Assembly: GCF_001194135.2 (NCBI RefSeq)
Contig: NC_068986.1
Coordinates: forward strand, 29,892,275-29,950,597
Source of the DNA: Octopus bimaculoides
Taxonomy: Eukaryota
Reading direction: 5' to 3'
Length of the DNA: 58,323 nt
In this document: piece by piece, positions 1 through 10,923 of the stretch
How positions within the stretch are numbered: the stretch's first letter is position 1
How the letters are laid out: each line of letters begins with the position of its first letter
Notes under the pieces: generated by a model
What the model saw: only the letters and a program-made list of their open reading frames with translations
Database searches by the model: none
Told to the model about the DNA's origin: nothing
Position numbers and translations under genes: made by a program

Positions 1-1
1 A

Positions 2-655
2 TGTGAAAGTAGTTGAGGCGTATGTGTGACAGGCACGATCACTAGTTGTGATGTTGGCTTCCATGCCAGGGCCTTGAGGACAGACGTTCGTCGCTGGCTG
101 AAATCTCTTGTCTGTTTATTTATCGTGGTGAAGCTGAGTCACCTAACAGAATCGAAGAGAGAATATGTGCCGCAGTAGTTTGGATTGGTGTACATAGAAA
201 GTCGTGTAGACGCTGGTGGAGATTGATGCTGGTTAGTAGTAATCGTAGAATCATGTTGCTGATGTGGCGACGGCGTTGGTGGTCATCGTTGGACGAAGCT
301 GTTGATGTGTCGCCAGCTGCTGCTGCTGCTGTTGCTGTCGTGTGGTACACGGAACAGATCTCAAAGAGAAACTGAACCGAGACAAATTTGCTGGGTATAA
401 TGTCGGTCTATTTATAGCGAATTATCGGCTCACCAGACATCAGAAAAATACTCTATCACGTGACCTTATTAAGGGCTGTGATTGGTCAGTTTGCGTTCTG
501 GCGAGAACGGTTTGAAGAAGTTGCCGATTCGAATAATGATCAGTCACGTGATGACAAGGTTGATGTTTTCCGCTATGCCCGCGCTTGTTTATATTTAAAT
601 GAGAAGAAAGGTGATAGCAGTTTTGTATCTAATGGCGATAGGTAGTTTCACTACA
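2..655 (-). mobile_element. LTR-like element (probable solo LTR), copy 1
   Basis: Minus strand begins TGTAGTGAAACTACCTATCGCC (655) and ends ...CTTTCACA (2). It contains CACGTG boxes, CCAAT, TATA (CTATAAATAG, 408-417) and AATAAA (115-120) in LTR order, and is CpG-rich. Homologous in inverted orientation to 27754-28351. The 3' end is at the window edge, so the true end is uncertain. Confidence 0.65.
408..417 (-). promoter_or_regulatory. TATA box within LTR-like element
   Basis: CTATAAATAG on minus strand downstream of CCAAT/CACGTG motifs; the equivalent position in copy 2 reads CTATATATAG (about 28003-28012). Confidence 0.4.
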
Positions 656-741
656 GGTGTTTTCGCTCAATAAACACTCACGACGCCTGGTCTGGGAATC
701 GAAACCGTGATCCTATGACCGCAAGTCCACTGCCCTAACCA
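656..741 (-). mobile_element. SINE family B, tRNA-like head fragment, abutting the LTR-like element
   Basis: Reverse complement matches the head of the 6630 and 53360 copies (GGTTAGGGCAG...TTTCGATTCCCAGACC...GAGCGAAAACACC) and stops exactly at the TG of the LTR-like element. Confidence 0.8.
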
Positions 742-2322
742 TGAAACTAAAAACTGAAATGTGTTTACAAATAGATATATGCACTCATATGTGTACAGAC
801 TTAGTTTTGTTGCGTTACTAAGGCCTGGACATGAGTTTCTGCCTGGACATGTATTTTATTTACAATTTAATAACTAGCCTTTTACTATCACCAGAGGAAG
901 AGGTGAACAAATTCTGATGAATAGTAAATAACTATGGAATCCATAGATTCGATCCTTATCCTAAGCTACCGAATATGCCCACATGGGTCTAATTTCACAG
1001 CTTGGCTAAATACATAGAAGTATGGTCCTGCATATTTGTAAATTCCTAACCCAGGTTCTACTGATGCTCTGATAATTCTGCAATGTAATTAGTTCCAGTA
1101 CACCACTATCTCAGCTGTCTTAATTTCTCAAAGTACTTATAAAACAACGAGAACTTCCATATTAAGTTTCATTGTCCAGTAAATAGCATATGGGTCGGTG
1201 ATATTTACACTCTTACATTCCACCTACAAATATCTACAACAGAGAGCTAATACAGAAGATTTTGGACGGTCTGAAAATATTCACAAAAGACAAAAAACTT
1301 TACTTTATTACTGCAGGGATAACTGAAAAAAAATATCAACAAATTGCAATCACTATGCTTGAAACTGAATATAATTATCAGACTAAAATCGAAAGCAGAA
1401 GAAAAATTCAAAAAAAGAGCGAGAGAAATCTGAACAAGGGAGGTAACTCTTATTGGCTAGGACATGGAGTAATTCCTATTTCTTTAGAATTTATAAACAT
1501 TAAAGAAATTCTTTTTATGAAATTGGAGAATGAATAATTTTGTTTGATGCTTCTGTTTTTTCAAAGAGTGTACGTGAAATAATGGACTCATCCCCTCCAC
1601 TCCCACGAAATCCGGTTTCACCTGAGAATTGAAAGTGGGTAGTTGAGGCCAAAAAAATTAGTTCACCTTTAGTTTACAGTCAAACCTACTACGTATTGTG
1701 GTTGAAAAAAAATTAATATTTTGTACTGTAACATGAAAAGAAATATTTTTGCTGGGGCAAATGAGCCTCGTAGTACTACAAGAACGTTTCAGCAAACAAC
1801 GTTTGAGATCTTGGGAAGGCCTTTCCATGCTAGCATGAGTTAGACAGGGTTTTCTGAGGCTCTGTTTTATGGTCAGATATTTTTGTTGTTGCCACCCACT
1901 TTTAACCAACTCTTATGATACACAAGGATGCAGTGTATCTATTCTGAAATTAAGATACAAACAGTAATACGTCGCATATATTACTGGTAAATATTTTAGT
2001 AATTACCAAAGCAAATGTCCCAGTGCATGTGATAATTACCAGCTTATGACAGCCAGTAAGTACGTTGGTAGGTAGAGTTTGTGTAATTGTTGTATGTGCA
2101 TTGATTATTAAATGCCATTAAAAAAAATGTCAGTATTTTAAAATGCAAATCATTATTATTTGACATGTTAAATAATTTCCATCGATTTTTAGGTATTTAG
2201 TTATGTTGTATCAATATTGGAACAGTTATTTCAGAGATAACTTTTAATTTATCAATGATTCGGAATGAATGATAAACAGTAAAATTGACCAAGTGAACTT
2301 TAAACTTAGAACAGAGGCATAA

Positions 2323-2371
<49 letters not shown>

Positions 2372-2580
2372 TAATCAAGGAAGTGTAGAACTCTCCTTGC
2401 TTTTATTCGTTCTTTTAGTCATTGTGTAAATACTTTCTTACCCTCCTGCTTCATTAGATTATATATATCCAATATAAAAGGATATAAAAGTGGTGATGAG
2501 TTTTCCAAAGCTTGCATTGGACATTTAAATTTTTTTAGTATGAAACCAAAGAAAAAAATCATTTTAACCTGGAGAACTTA

Positions 2581-3365
2581 TTGGCCTCCATGGTGCAGTT
2601 GCAACAGCAACAGCAGCATCAGCAACTACAACAGCAACAACAGCAAAGACAACAGTTGCTGGAATCAATGTTGAAGAAGTCTAAGAAGTCGGCATATTTT
2701 CGAAGACATGAAGAAATATTCAAAGAAGAGTGTAAAAGTTGGTCCAATGAGAAAAAAATATAATTACTTTTAAGAAAGTTATCCCCTACTGAACATGAAA
2801 AATATAATCATATTCTGCCAAAGAAACCAGGTGAGATTTGTTTCAATGAAACAATTAATTTTTTATCGAAAATTTTCAGTAAAAGAAGTTGCCTGTTCAA
2901 TACTCACTGGAAATGTCTAAACTTGGTAAAAAAAGATGATGAAGATTTCGTCACCTATGCCAAACTGGTTAACAGAGAATGAAAGAAATTCAAATTGAAT
3001 GAGTTGATCTTGGACATGTTCAAGTGTTTAATTTTTTTTCAAGAGCTTACTGCAATCAAAGATGCAGATATACATTCCTGGATGTTAACAAAATTAGAAA
3101 AGGACCAAAATTTAACTCTGCAGGCAGTAGCAGAAGAATGTCAGAGGATTATTAATCAAAGACATGATGCAAATAAAACTGAAGAGAAAGACTGCTCTCA
3201 TGTTCAAGCAGGTCAACCACTATCAGATAAGAAACAAATGTCAAGACCGAATCAATGTTATGGGTGCAGTGGTCTACATTTTGAAAATAACTGTGTTTAA
3301 AAATATAAAATACTTCTAGTATGGTAAAATAGGCCATAAAAAGTTGCACTATAGGAAAGAACCTA
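2581..3365 (+). pseudogene. gag: Gypsy gag pseudogene with polyQ N-terminus and two degenerate zinc knuckles
   Basis: One frame read through two stops: MASMVQLQQQ...EEIFKEEC..*LLLRKLSPTEHEKY..ILP..FNETI..LFNTHWKCLNLVK..EDFVTYA..MFKCLIF..TLQAVAEECQRI..CYGCSGLHFENNC, then a KIGH second-knuckle remnant. This matches my recollection of K02A2.6-like gag. Confidence 0.8.
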
Positions 3366-3443
3366 AAAAACAGCCTAACAGAATAAATCACATAAATGGG
3401 TTATCTGTGACAAAAAAATACAAACAATACTCAAAGAAAATTT

Positions 3444-3965
3444 GTGTATGTAAAAATTAGTAACACAAATGTAAAGTTACAATTGGATACAGGTAGCAAT
3501 ATCTCAATAATTAATGCAGATACATGGAAAACAATTGGGAGACCTAGATTAATTGAAGCTTTGAAAATTGCCCATGGTATTTCAGGAAAAAAATTATATT
3601 CTAAGGGCGAATTGCTAAGTGACATTACATTTCATGAAAAAGCCTTAAAAGTCAAAGTTTTTGTGTTAAATAATAAAACAAACTTATTTAGAACTGACTG
3701 GATGGAATTATTTAATCTATGGGACCTCCCCATAAATCTTTTCTGTAAAAATGTGAATGGTTTTTCCACCAGCTGTCAAACAAATTGAAAGAAAAAAATT
3801 GTGTTTTCCTGAAGTTTTGTCTGATAAATTATGCCTGTGCACCAAAACAAAGGTGAGGTTTGAAATAAAAAAAAAAGCACTATGCCAACATTTAAACAAA
3901 CGAACTGTACTGTACACAGCGTTAGAATAGATAAACTTAGAGCTAGAGAGATTAGAAAAAATTGG
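3444..3965 (+). pseudogene. pol: Gypsy aspartic protease and start of RT
   Basis: VKLQLDTGSNISII (DTG protease motif), LFRTDWMELFNLW, then frameshifted EVLSDKLCLCTKTKVRFEIK..PTFK..VLYTALE*INLELERLEKIG, typical of the sequence preceding the RT core. Confidence 0.8.
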
Positions 3966-4179
3966 AAGAATAATATTCTGGTAAAAGGAAAAAATGTCGA
4001 ACATAAAAGACATGTCAACCAGCTTAAGAAAAGATTCACAGAAAAATATCCTCATGGAAGTATTGTATGACATGTTTGAGGTACCAACACCCAAACAATT
4101 TGAAACTACACATTCTAGTGCCAGAAAACAGAAAAGAATGGAAGCACTGGAATCAAACCCTAAGTGTAAGAGCTATTAA
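3966..4179 (+). pseudogene. pol: Gypsy integrase C-terminal remnant
   Basis: VKGKNVEHKRHVNQLKKRF and MEVLYDMFEVPTP...RKQKR..LESNPKCKSY*. No YxDD, RNase H or DDE core is present. Confidence 0.7.
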
Positions 4180-6221
4180 AACTTGGAGTGGAGTTCAATT
4201 CTCAAGTGACTAAAGATAGACTGACTCATTGTTATAAAATGAAGAACTGTGAGTGATTGACAGTTCAGTTGGTAAGCAGTTCACTGTGAGCCGTGATTGA
4301 GAACGTTGAGTTTCATGTAATAGTAATTGTATTGTGTCGTGTAAATACTTTCTTTCCCCACTGCTTCATTAGATTATATATCCAACATACAAGGATATAA
4401 AAGTAATTCTCTGAAATTCATTTCTCTGTGCATGTTTTTCCTGTAGATATCAACTTGGAACTTTTAAAGAAAAATTTTAATAATGATTCCATCAGTCTTG
4501 GAGAGCTTGCAAAGGCAGTAGCAGTGGCAACCACTGACAACAGCAATCATTTCTAGAATAGGCATGAGTCTTGAAATTTGTAGGACAACCATCAGTTGAT
4601 AATATAAATTCCAGTACTTGACTTGTAAAGTTGACCTTACCATAATATCAAGAATGCAACACTGAGTGTGCATAAAACAGGGATGTTATTTTAAAATATT
4701 TTGTCTTTTGAGTAAATATTTTTTACTGACTATTATTATCCTATAAGGAATTTCAATTTCTCAACTATTAATTTAGATATTACTGTCTCCTTTTATTCGC
4801 TGATAAAAACAAAAATGATTTATCAGCTTTCTTTTTATAATTATGTTTCAAAAAATGTTTCACTTAAGGAATTATTCCCCACAAACAATTTTTATTATTG
4901 CTTTTCTTTACTTAAGCATCTGACACAGAGAAAAATTTCCAGGCAAACTGGAGCTTTCACCAGGTTTTTATGGATGATTGGCATTTTCATTTCAATTGTG
5001 AAGCTAATAACCACAGGAAATACTTTGTATGGATACCACTTCCTTCAGGCCCTCAGATTTGAGCTTTGACAAAAAACAAATAAAATTCCTATATTTGCCA
5101 GCTGTCCAACCCATGCCAGCAGGGAAAATGAATGTTAAATGATGATATATACATATATATATTATCCAACCAATGCTTGTAAGGAACATGGACATTAAAT
5201 GAAGAGGATGATACATATATATTTTGTGTGTATGTATGTGTATGTACATGTGTCTAAGAATGCATGCACGCATATATGTATACACACACACATATGTTTG
5301 TATGTATGCACACACACATACACACACACATACAGACAAACAGACAGGCCTTCATTCTTAGTTGTATAACTAAGAACTCAATACATGTTATAGTAGAGAC
5401 TTTATACATTTTTATCTGAATGTTATCTCTGCAGTTGGATTGTATATATGTATACATATGTATATATATATATATATATATATATNNNNNNNNNNNNNNN
5501 NNNNNNNNNNNNNNNNNNNNNNNNNNNNNNNNNNNNNNNNNNNNNNNNNNNNNNNNNNNNNNNNNNNNNNNNNNNNNNNNNNCACACATGTATACATACA
5601 TATGCATGCATGTGCATGTGTGTATAAATTTTAAATCTACTTTTCAGCAATTTATTAAGTTAAATGGATTTTAGAAAAAGGCTTGAAAATCTCAATAATT
5701 TCATTTTACCAAATTAGATTATATTCGATTACACTAGCAAGAAAAAATTTCAGTTCTTTCTTCTTTTTGTAAGCAGATTTATTTTTCTGGAATTTTCCAA
5801 TGGATTTGATTTGTAACGTCACATCCGGTTTATTTGAAATGGTTCTCTGTCCAACTGTTTATTTGTTGTTTCAGATAGCTTTTTCCAATTTATTTTGTTA
5901 CTTCTAGATGGAAGCTACTCTTATTTAACTCGATACAATGTGGGATTGATATTGAATAGAACAAACGACCAATATCCACAACGCAAGAAATATGATTGTT
6001 CAGAGAGAAAGGATTAAAAAAACAACAAAAAAGAGACAAATATATATATATAAAAAAAGAGTTCACCAAAGAGAACTGAACAGAATGGCAAAGCATGCAC
6101 AATGGAAAACAACATCCAATCTTTTTTAGATTCTGTCAAAAAAAGATAAAGAAAAACACGGCCATTTATTTATTTCCTTTTTTTCAGAATTCTAATGAAA
6201 TATTATTATGGTAATAGTTTT

Positions 6222-6430
6222 CAGATTGGTAGAATTGCCAGAACATCAAACAAAACTGCCTTACAGTATTCCGATACAGCCCTTTCTGTTCGAAGTTCAA
6301 ATCTGCCAAGGTCAATTGTGCCTTTCATCCTTCTAGGATGGTTAAAAATAAAGTGGTAGTCGAGTACTGGGGCTGATTTAATCACCTATGCCCTCCTCAT
6401 TAAACCTGTGACCTTGTCTCAATGTAAAAA
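6222..6430 (+). mobile_element. SINE family C, degenerate
   Basis: GGTAGAATT...GTTCAAATCTGCCAAGGTCAATTGTGCCTTTCATCCTT...TACTGGGG is similar to 46756-46936. Confidence 0.6.
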
Positions 6431-6629
6431 AAAATCAATACTTTTTGAGAGCATAAAATAAAATCCCACCAGAGTCCAGATTTTGCCTTTCTTCCGTTTG
6501 ATATCTATTGAGTAAAGTATCCATCAAGTACTGACATAAGTACTATATACTTGCCTGAAAACTGAGCCTGTATGCCTATGTTAGAAACCAAAACTTACAG
6601 ATATTTGTAGACATGTTTTGTTGTAACAC

Positions 6630-7018
6630 TGTGGAGGCGCAATGGCCCAGTGGTTAGGGCAGCAGACTCGCGGTCATAGGATCGCGGTTTTGATTCCCAG
6701 ACCGGGCGTTGTGAGTGTTTATTGAGCGAAAACATCTAAAGCTCCACGAAGCTCCGGCAGGGGGTGGTGGCGAACCCTGCTGAACTCTTTCACCACAACT
6801 TTCTCTCACTCTTTCTTCCTGTTTCTGTTGTGCCTGTAATTCAAAGGGTCAGCCTTGTCAAACTGTGTCACGCTGAATATCCCCGAGAACTACGTTAAGG
6901 GTACACGTGTCTGTGGAGTGCTCAGCCACTTGCACGTTAATTTCCTGAGCAGGCTGTTCCATTGATCGGATCAACTGGAACCCTCGACGTCATAAGCAAC
7001 GGAGTGCCAACAACAACA
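6630..7018 (+). mobile_element. SINE family B, full length, with TSD
   Basis: tRNA-like head with A box (TGGCCCAGTGG) and B-box-like GGTTTTGATTCC; (CAA)n tail; TSD TTGTAACACTG at 6621-6631 and 7019-7029. Confidence 0.9.
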
Positions 7019-7137
7019 TTGTAACACTGCTTCAGTAATGAGTAACTTCTCTCAGCATGCCATTTTCAGTGATTTCATCAAACAAGGTTTGGATGTAACC
7101 GGCTTTCCATTGCAACTACAGCCAACATAAATTAGAC

Positions 7138-7738
7138 CAGTAACCACTTTTTGCCTATGGAGCCCTTTGATTCCTATTTTTACTCTACTGGACCTCCATA
7201 GTCAGTCGTTGTTTTTAAAAGAATCCTATCGTATTTTTATAAGTAAATATCATTAGAAATTGTACTCTTTTACTCTTTCACTCTTTTACTTGTTTCAGTC
7301 ATTTGACTGCGGCCATGCTGGAGCACCGCCTTTAGTCGAGCAAATCGACCCCAGGACTTATTCTTTGTAAGCCTAGTACTTATTCTATCAGTCTCTTTTT
7401 GTCGAACTGCTAAGTAAACACACCAGCATCGGTTGTCAAGTGATGGTGGTGGTGGTGGTGGTGGGACAAACACAGACACACAAACACACACACACATATA
7501 CATATATATATATATATANNNNNNNNNNTATATATGACGGGCTTCTTTCAGTTTCCGTCTACCAAATCCACTCACAAGGCTTTGGTCAGCCCGAGGCTAT
7601 AGTAGAATACACTTGCCCAAGGTGCCACGCAGTGGGACTGAACCCGGAACCATGTGGTTGGTAAGCAGGTATAACCAATTTATTGCCCATAAATTTTAAC
7701 AACAAAATGTTATATGGACTTCCAGTTGAGAATCGCTG
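7138..7738. mobile_element. hAT-type MITE interrupted by a family A SINE
   Basis: Body resembles 39815-40087; right TIR CAGTTGAGAATCGCTG; imperfect 8-bp TSD AATTAGAC / GATTAGAC; left TIR eroded. Confidence 0.5.
7263..7668 (-). mobile_element. SINE family A
   Basis: Reverse complement of 9801-10207, with an internal (CA)/(TA) microsatellite and gap, and a (TACTCTTT)n tail. Confidence 0.9.
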
Positions 7739-9069
7739 GATTAGACCAAGAAGATGGTAAAAGACCAGATGACATCACAATCTTCTCATTCTAAAGCAGC
7801 AAGTCTCTGATCTGGGAACCAGCCTGCAGTTTTTCAGTAGTAATTTGGTGGGATCAGCATCAGATCCAGGATGAGTGTTGTAAATTGACAAAGCATCAGT
7901 TGCTTTGAGATAGACTCCTTTCCAAACTTACAGCAGTGGAATCATATGGATACCTGAACCATTTTCCGACTCAATCTGATTGAGGTAGAGATAGCCATTT
8001 AATGGAATGATCCCCATAAAGTGGAATGGTTCTTTCAGTGCATCTCTTTTTACTATTCTATGTTCATCATTTTGTCTGCCAGAACAATGAAACATTTGCA
8101 GGACTCATTGTCTTGAAAAGAAAGAAAGAAAGAAAGAAAGAAAAAGAAAAGAAAAAAGAAAGAGCTTGAATTTGTAAGATTTTGTAATTTTATTCTATCA
8201 AAAATATTTTTATTACAAGCAAAAGGAAAAGGAATGGTTTTCAATTAAGAATATATAGATTTATAGATTTATACTGACAGTTACCTGAAGTTCAAGAGTT
8301 ATAGCAAGAGTTCATATCATGGTTTACCTATTTCTTTATAAAATCTTTATCAACCTTAATCTCATTTCAAGTAACCACAGTATAAATAAGACAGTGATAG
8401 GACAATTATAGTTTCTGTGTTACTGGTGGGATTAAATCTTATCATATCATATTCTAAAACCTAATCCTGAGGATAAAAGGCAAAAAGAGACAAGATGAAA
8501 CTTAATTCCTGTCAAATATAATATAATGGAGTACTGTTTCAGACAGACCAACCAACTATGTATTCTTTAACTTAGTACCATGAGATGGAAAAGAGTTAGT
8601 GTGGACATAGTTCCCAGTCTTCTGGTAAAAAGTAAATAAGCATAATATTTGAGGAATAAACATAGAAATGTATTTGAATAAATTATTAGAATTGGGAGAT
8701 CTGAATTATTGATTTTTGGATTACAAATAATGTGGTGTTGAATGTAAGACTTCCAAGAAATTGCAAAGATAACAATAATGATAAATTATGTTAATTTTTA
8801 TTTTATTTCTTACATCTCAACAGAAAATAGGCCTCTTCTATAATTCAATAGTTTTTTTAATTAGTTCACAGCATGTAGTTTGTGAGTACAGCTAAAAAAA
8901 AAAAACACATTAATACAGTGAAGAGAAATAAGAAGCTGGAGGTGCATAATGTGTTGAGAGAATGTAAGTACATATTTTTTTTAGTTTTGCAAGGTCAATC
9001 AAACAGTTTATGTTGTAGAAGGCCTTTGTACATATTTTCTTGTTCATAAGGTAGATAATGCCCTGCAGT

Positions 9070-9124
<55 letters not shown>

Positions 9125-9246
9125 NNNNNNNNNNNNNNNNNNNNNNNNNNNNNNNNNNNNNNNNNNNNNNNNNNNNNNNNNNNNNNNNNNNNNNNNNNNN
9201 NNNNNNNNNNNNNNNNNNNNNNNNNNNNNNNNNNNNNNNNNNNNNN

Positions 9247-9314
<68 letters not shown>

Positions 9315-9800
9315 ACAAAAACAGATAACATATGCCAGGCTGTAAAATAAACAGCATTAAATTAAAATTTCCAGCAGTATATCATACTAATTGTAGATAC
9401 ACTGTTAAAAGGAACAATGCTGTTGTTTTATCTGACAAGAACTTGCTGCATAGACACATTATGTTAAAAACCCAATTTATATTGGAGCAAGGAAAACATT
9501 GTCACAGCAGTGATCCACAAAAATGACAGATACCTACTTGGGGCTTGTCAGTGCTGGGCACTTGCTTGTCACTTGGTTGGACAAAATTCATGCTCTGCTA
9601 TAAAGAAAACAGTGTATTCACTGGTATTACAGAAAGTTTGTCAGGTTGATTTTAATGCAAAATGTCCATGAAGAGATTTTCTCTCAAACAAAGCCACAGC
9701 ATCATGCCTTTCAGCCTTCCAGTGTTGTATATAGATCTAGTATGATACACAAATGATAACGGATGATAACGTATGTGCTTTTGAATTGATAGAAATTAAC

Positions 9801-10207
9801 AGGAGTGGCTGTGTGGTTAGTAGCTTGCTTACCAACCACATGTTTCCGGGTTCATTCCCACTGCATGGCACCTTGGGCAAGTGTCTTCTATTATAGCTTT
9901 GGGCCGACCAAAGCCTTGTGAGAGGATTTGGTAGACGGAAACTGAAAGAAGCCTGTCATATATATGTATATATACATATATGTGTATGTGTGTGTATATG
10001 TTTGTGTGTCTGTGTTTGTCCCCCCAACATCGCTTGACAATCGATGCTGGTGTCTTTAGGTCCCCGTAACTTAGCGGTTCGGCAAAAGAGGCCGATAGAA
10101 TAAGTACTAGGCATCCAAAGAATAAGTCCTGTGGTCGATTTGCTCGACTACAGGCGGTGCTCCAGCATGGCCGCAGTCAAATGACTGAAACAAGTAAAAG
10201 AGTAAAA
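9801..10207 (+). mobile_element. SINE family A, full length
   Basis: tRNA-like head GGAGTGGCTGTGTGGTTAG...GGTTCATTCC, internal (TA)/(TG) tract, 3' GCTCCAGCATGGCCGCAGTCAAATGACTGAAACAAGTAAAAGAG. Confidence 0.9.
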
Positions 10208-10879
10208 AAATTAATTTATGTAGTTTCTCATTCACATTAGTGCATTTTGAGTTTTAAATTGATTCTGTTCTGTTGAGGCTGGACCAAGTGCTAATGGCTA
10301 GCTAACAGCTACAAGAACAAGCTACATAAAATTGTTGGCACATGTTTACTGACTGAAAATTAGAAGTGACAAGAAGAGAAAGAATTTTTACTATTGGTTA
10401 AAAAGACAAAAAATAGTTGCCAAATTACTGGTCTCTAATTGGACCAATTAAGACATGTGACAAAATAGTGAAATACTAAAATGTCATCTCAAAGGAGTTT
10501 GCTTCAAATGTATCCTTAAAAAAATGTTTTGTACATAAGTGAAATGCCCCTGTTTTATAGTGAGAAATGAATGTGTACTGTTCATCTTTCAGTGAAATTT
10601 ATGAAGTAATTAAAGTCAGGTGGTTAAGACAAGAAACTGAAACCAGATCACAGAGTCAAATCTTCAGCAACTTGCTTCATTTGTTTAACACTCATTAATA
10701 TACATTTATTGAATCATAAAGCAAAATTATCATATAGCTTGATACAATCATCTTATCTCAAATTTCATTTGAATTAAATAAAGGAGCTATGTATAAATTA
10801 ATTCATCTATTTAAAATTATTATCTTTTTCCTAATTTTTTAAAAGAAATTTAAAACGATTTCTGTTTTGAAATGATATT

Positions 10880-10923
<44 letters not shown>

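Larger units (their letters stand above)
2424..4403 (+). mobile_element. Gypsy LTR retrotransposon (Mag/K02A2.6-like), internally deleted
   Basis: Direct repeat GTGTAAATACTTTCT...GGATATAAAAG at 2424-2490 and 4339-4403; PBS-like TGGTGATGAG at 2491; decayed gag, protease, RT start and integrase C-terminus between. The true 5' boundary probably lies further upstream. Confidence 0.85.

Noticed and set aside
4447-4556. Exon candidate after TTTTTCCTGTAG
   Set aside because: Careful reading gives TAA after 9 codons in the protein-like frame.
6630-6710. tRNA gene
   Set aside because: The tRNA-like A/B boxes are SINE heads continuing into SINE bodies with TSDs; I could not build a complete cloverleaf.
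7765-7800. DDITIFS as an RT YADD motif
   Set aside because: No flanking RT motifs found in any frame.
7954-8111. Minus-strand exon candidate with a strong pyrimidine tract
   Set aside because: All three frames contain stops before a usable donor; the tract is an (AAAG)n repeat.
8910-9357. SL/RE-repeat ORFs
   Set aside because: (GA)n microsatellite and N gap. The same applies to the ORFs spanning gaps at 5.5, 28.4-29.0, 34.1-34.6, 44.1 and 55.0-55.3 kb.
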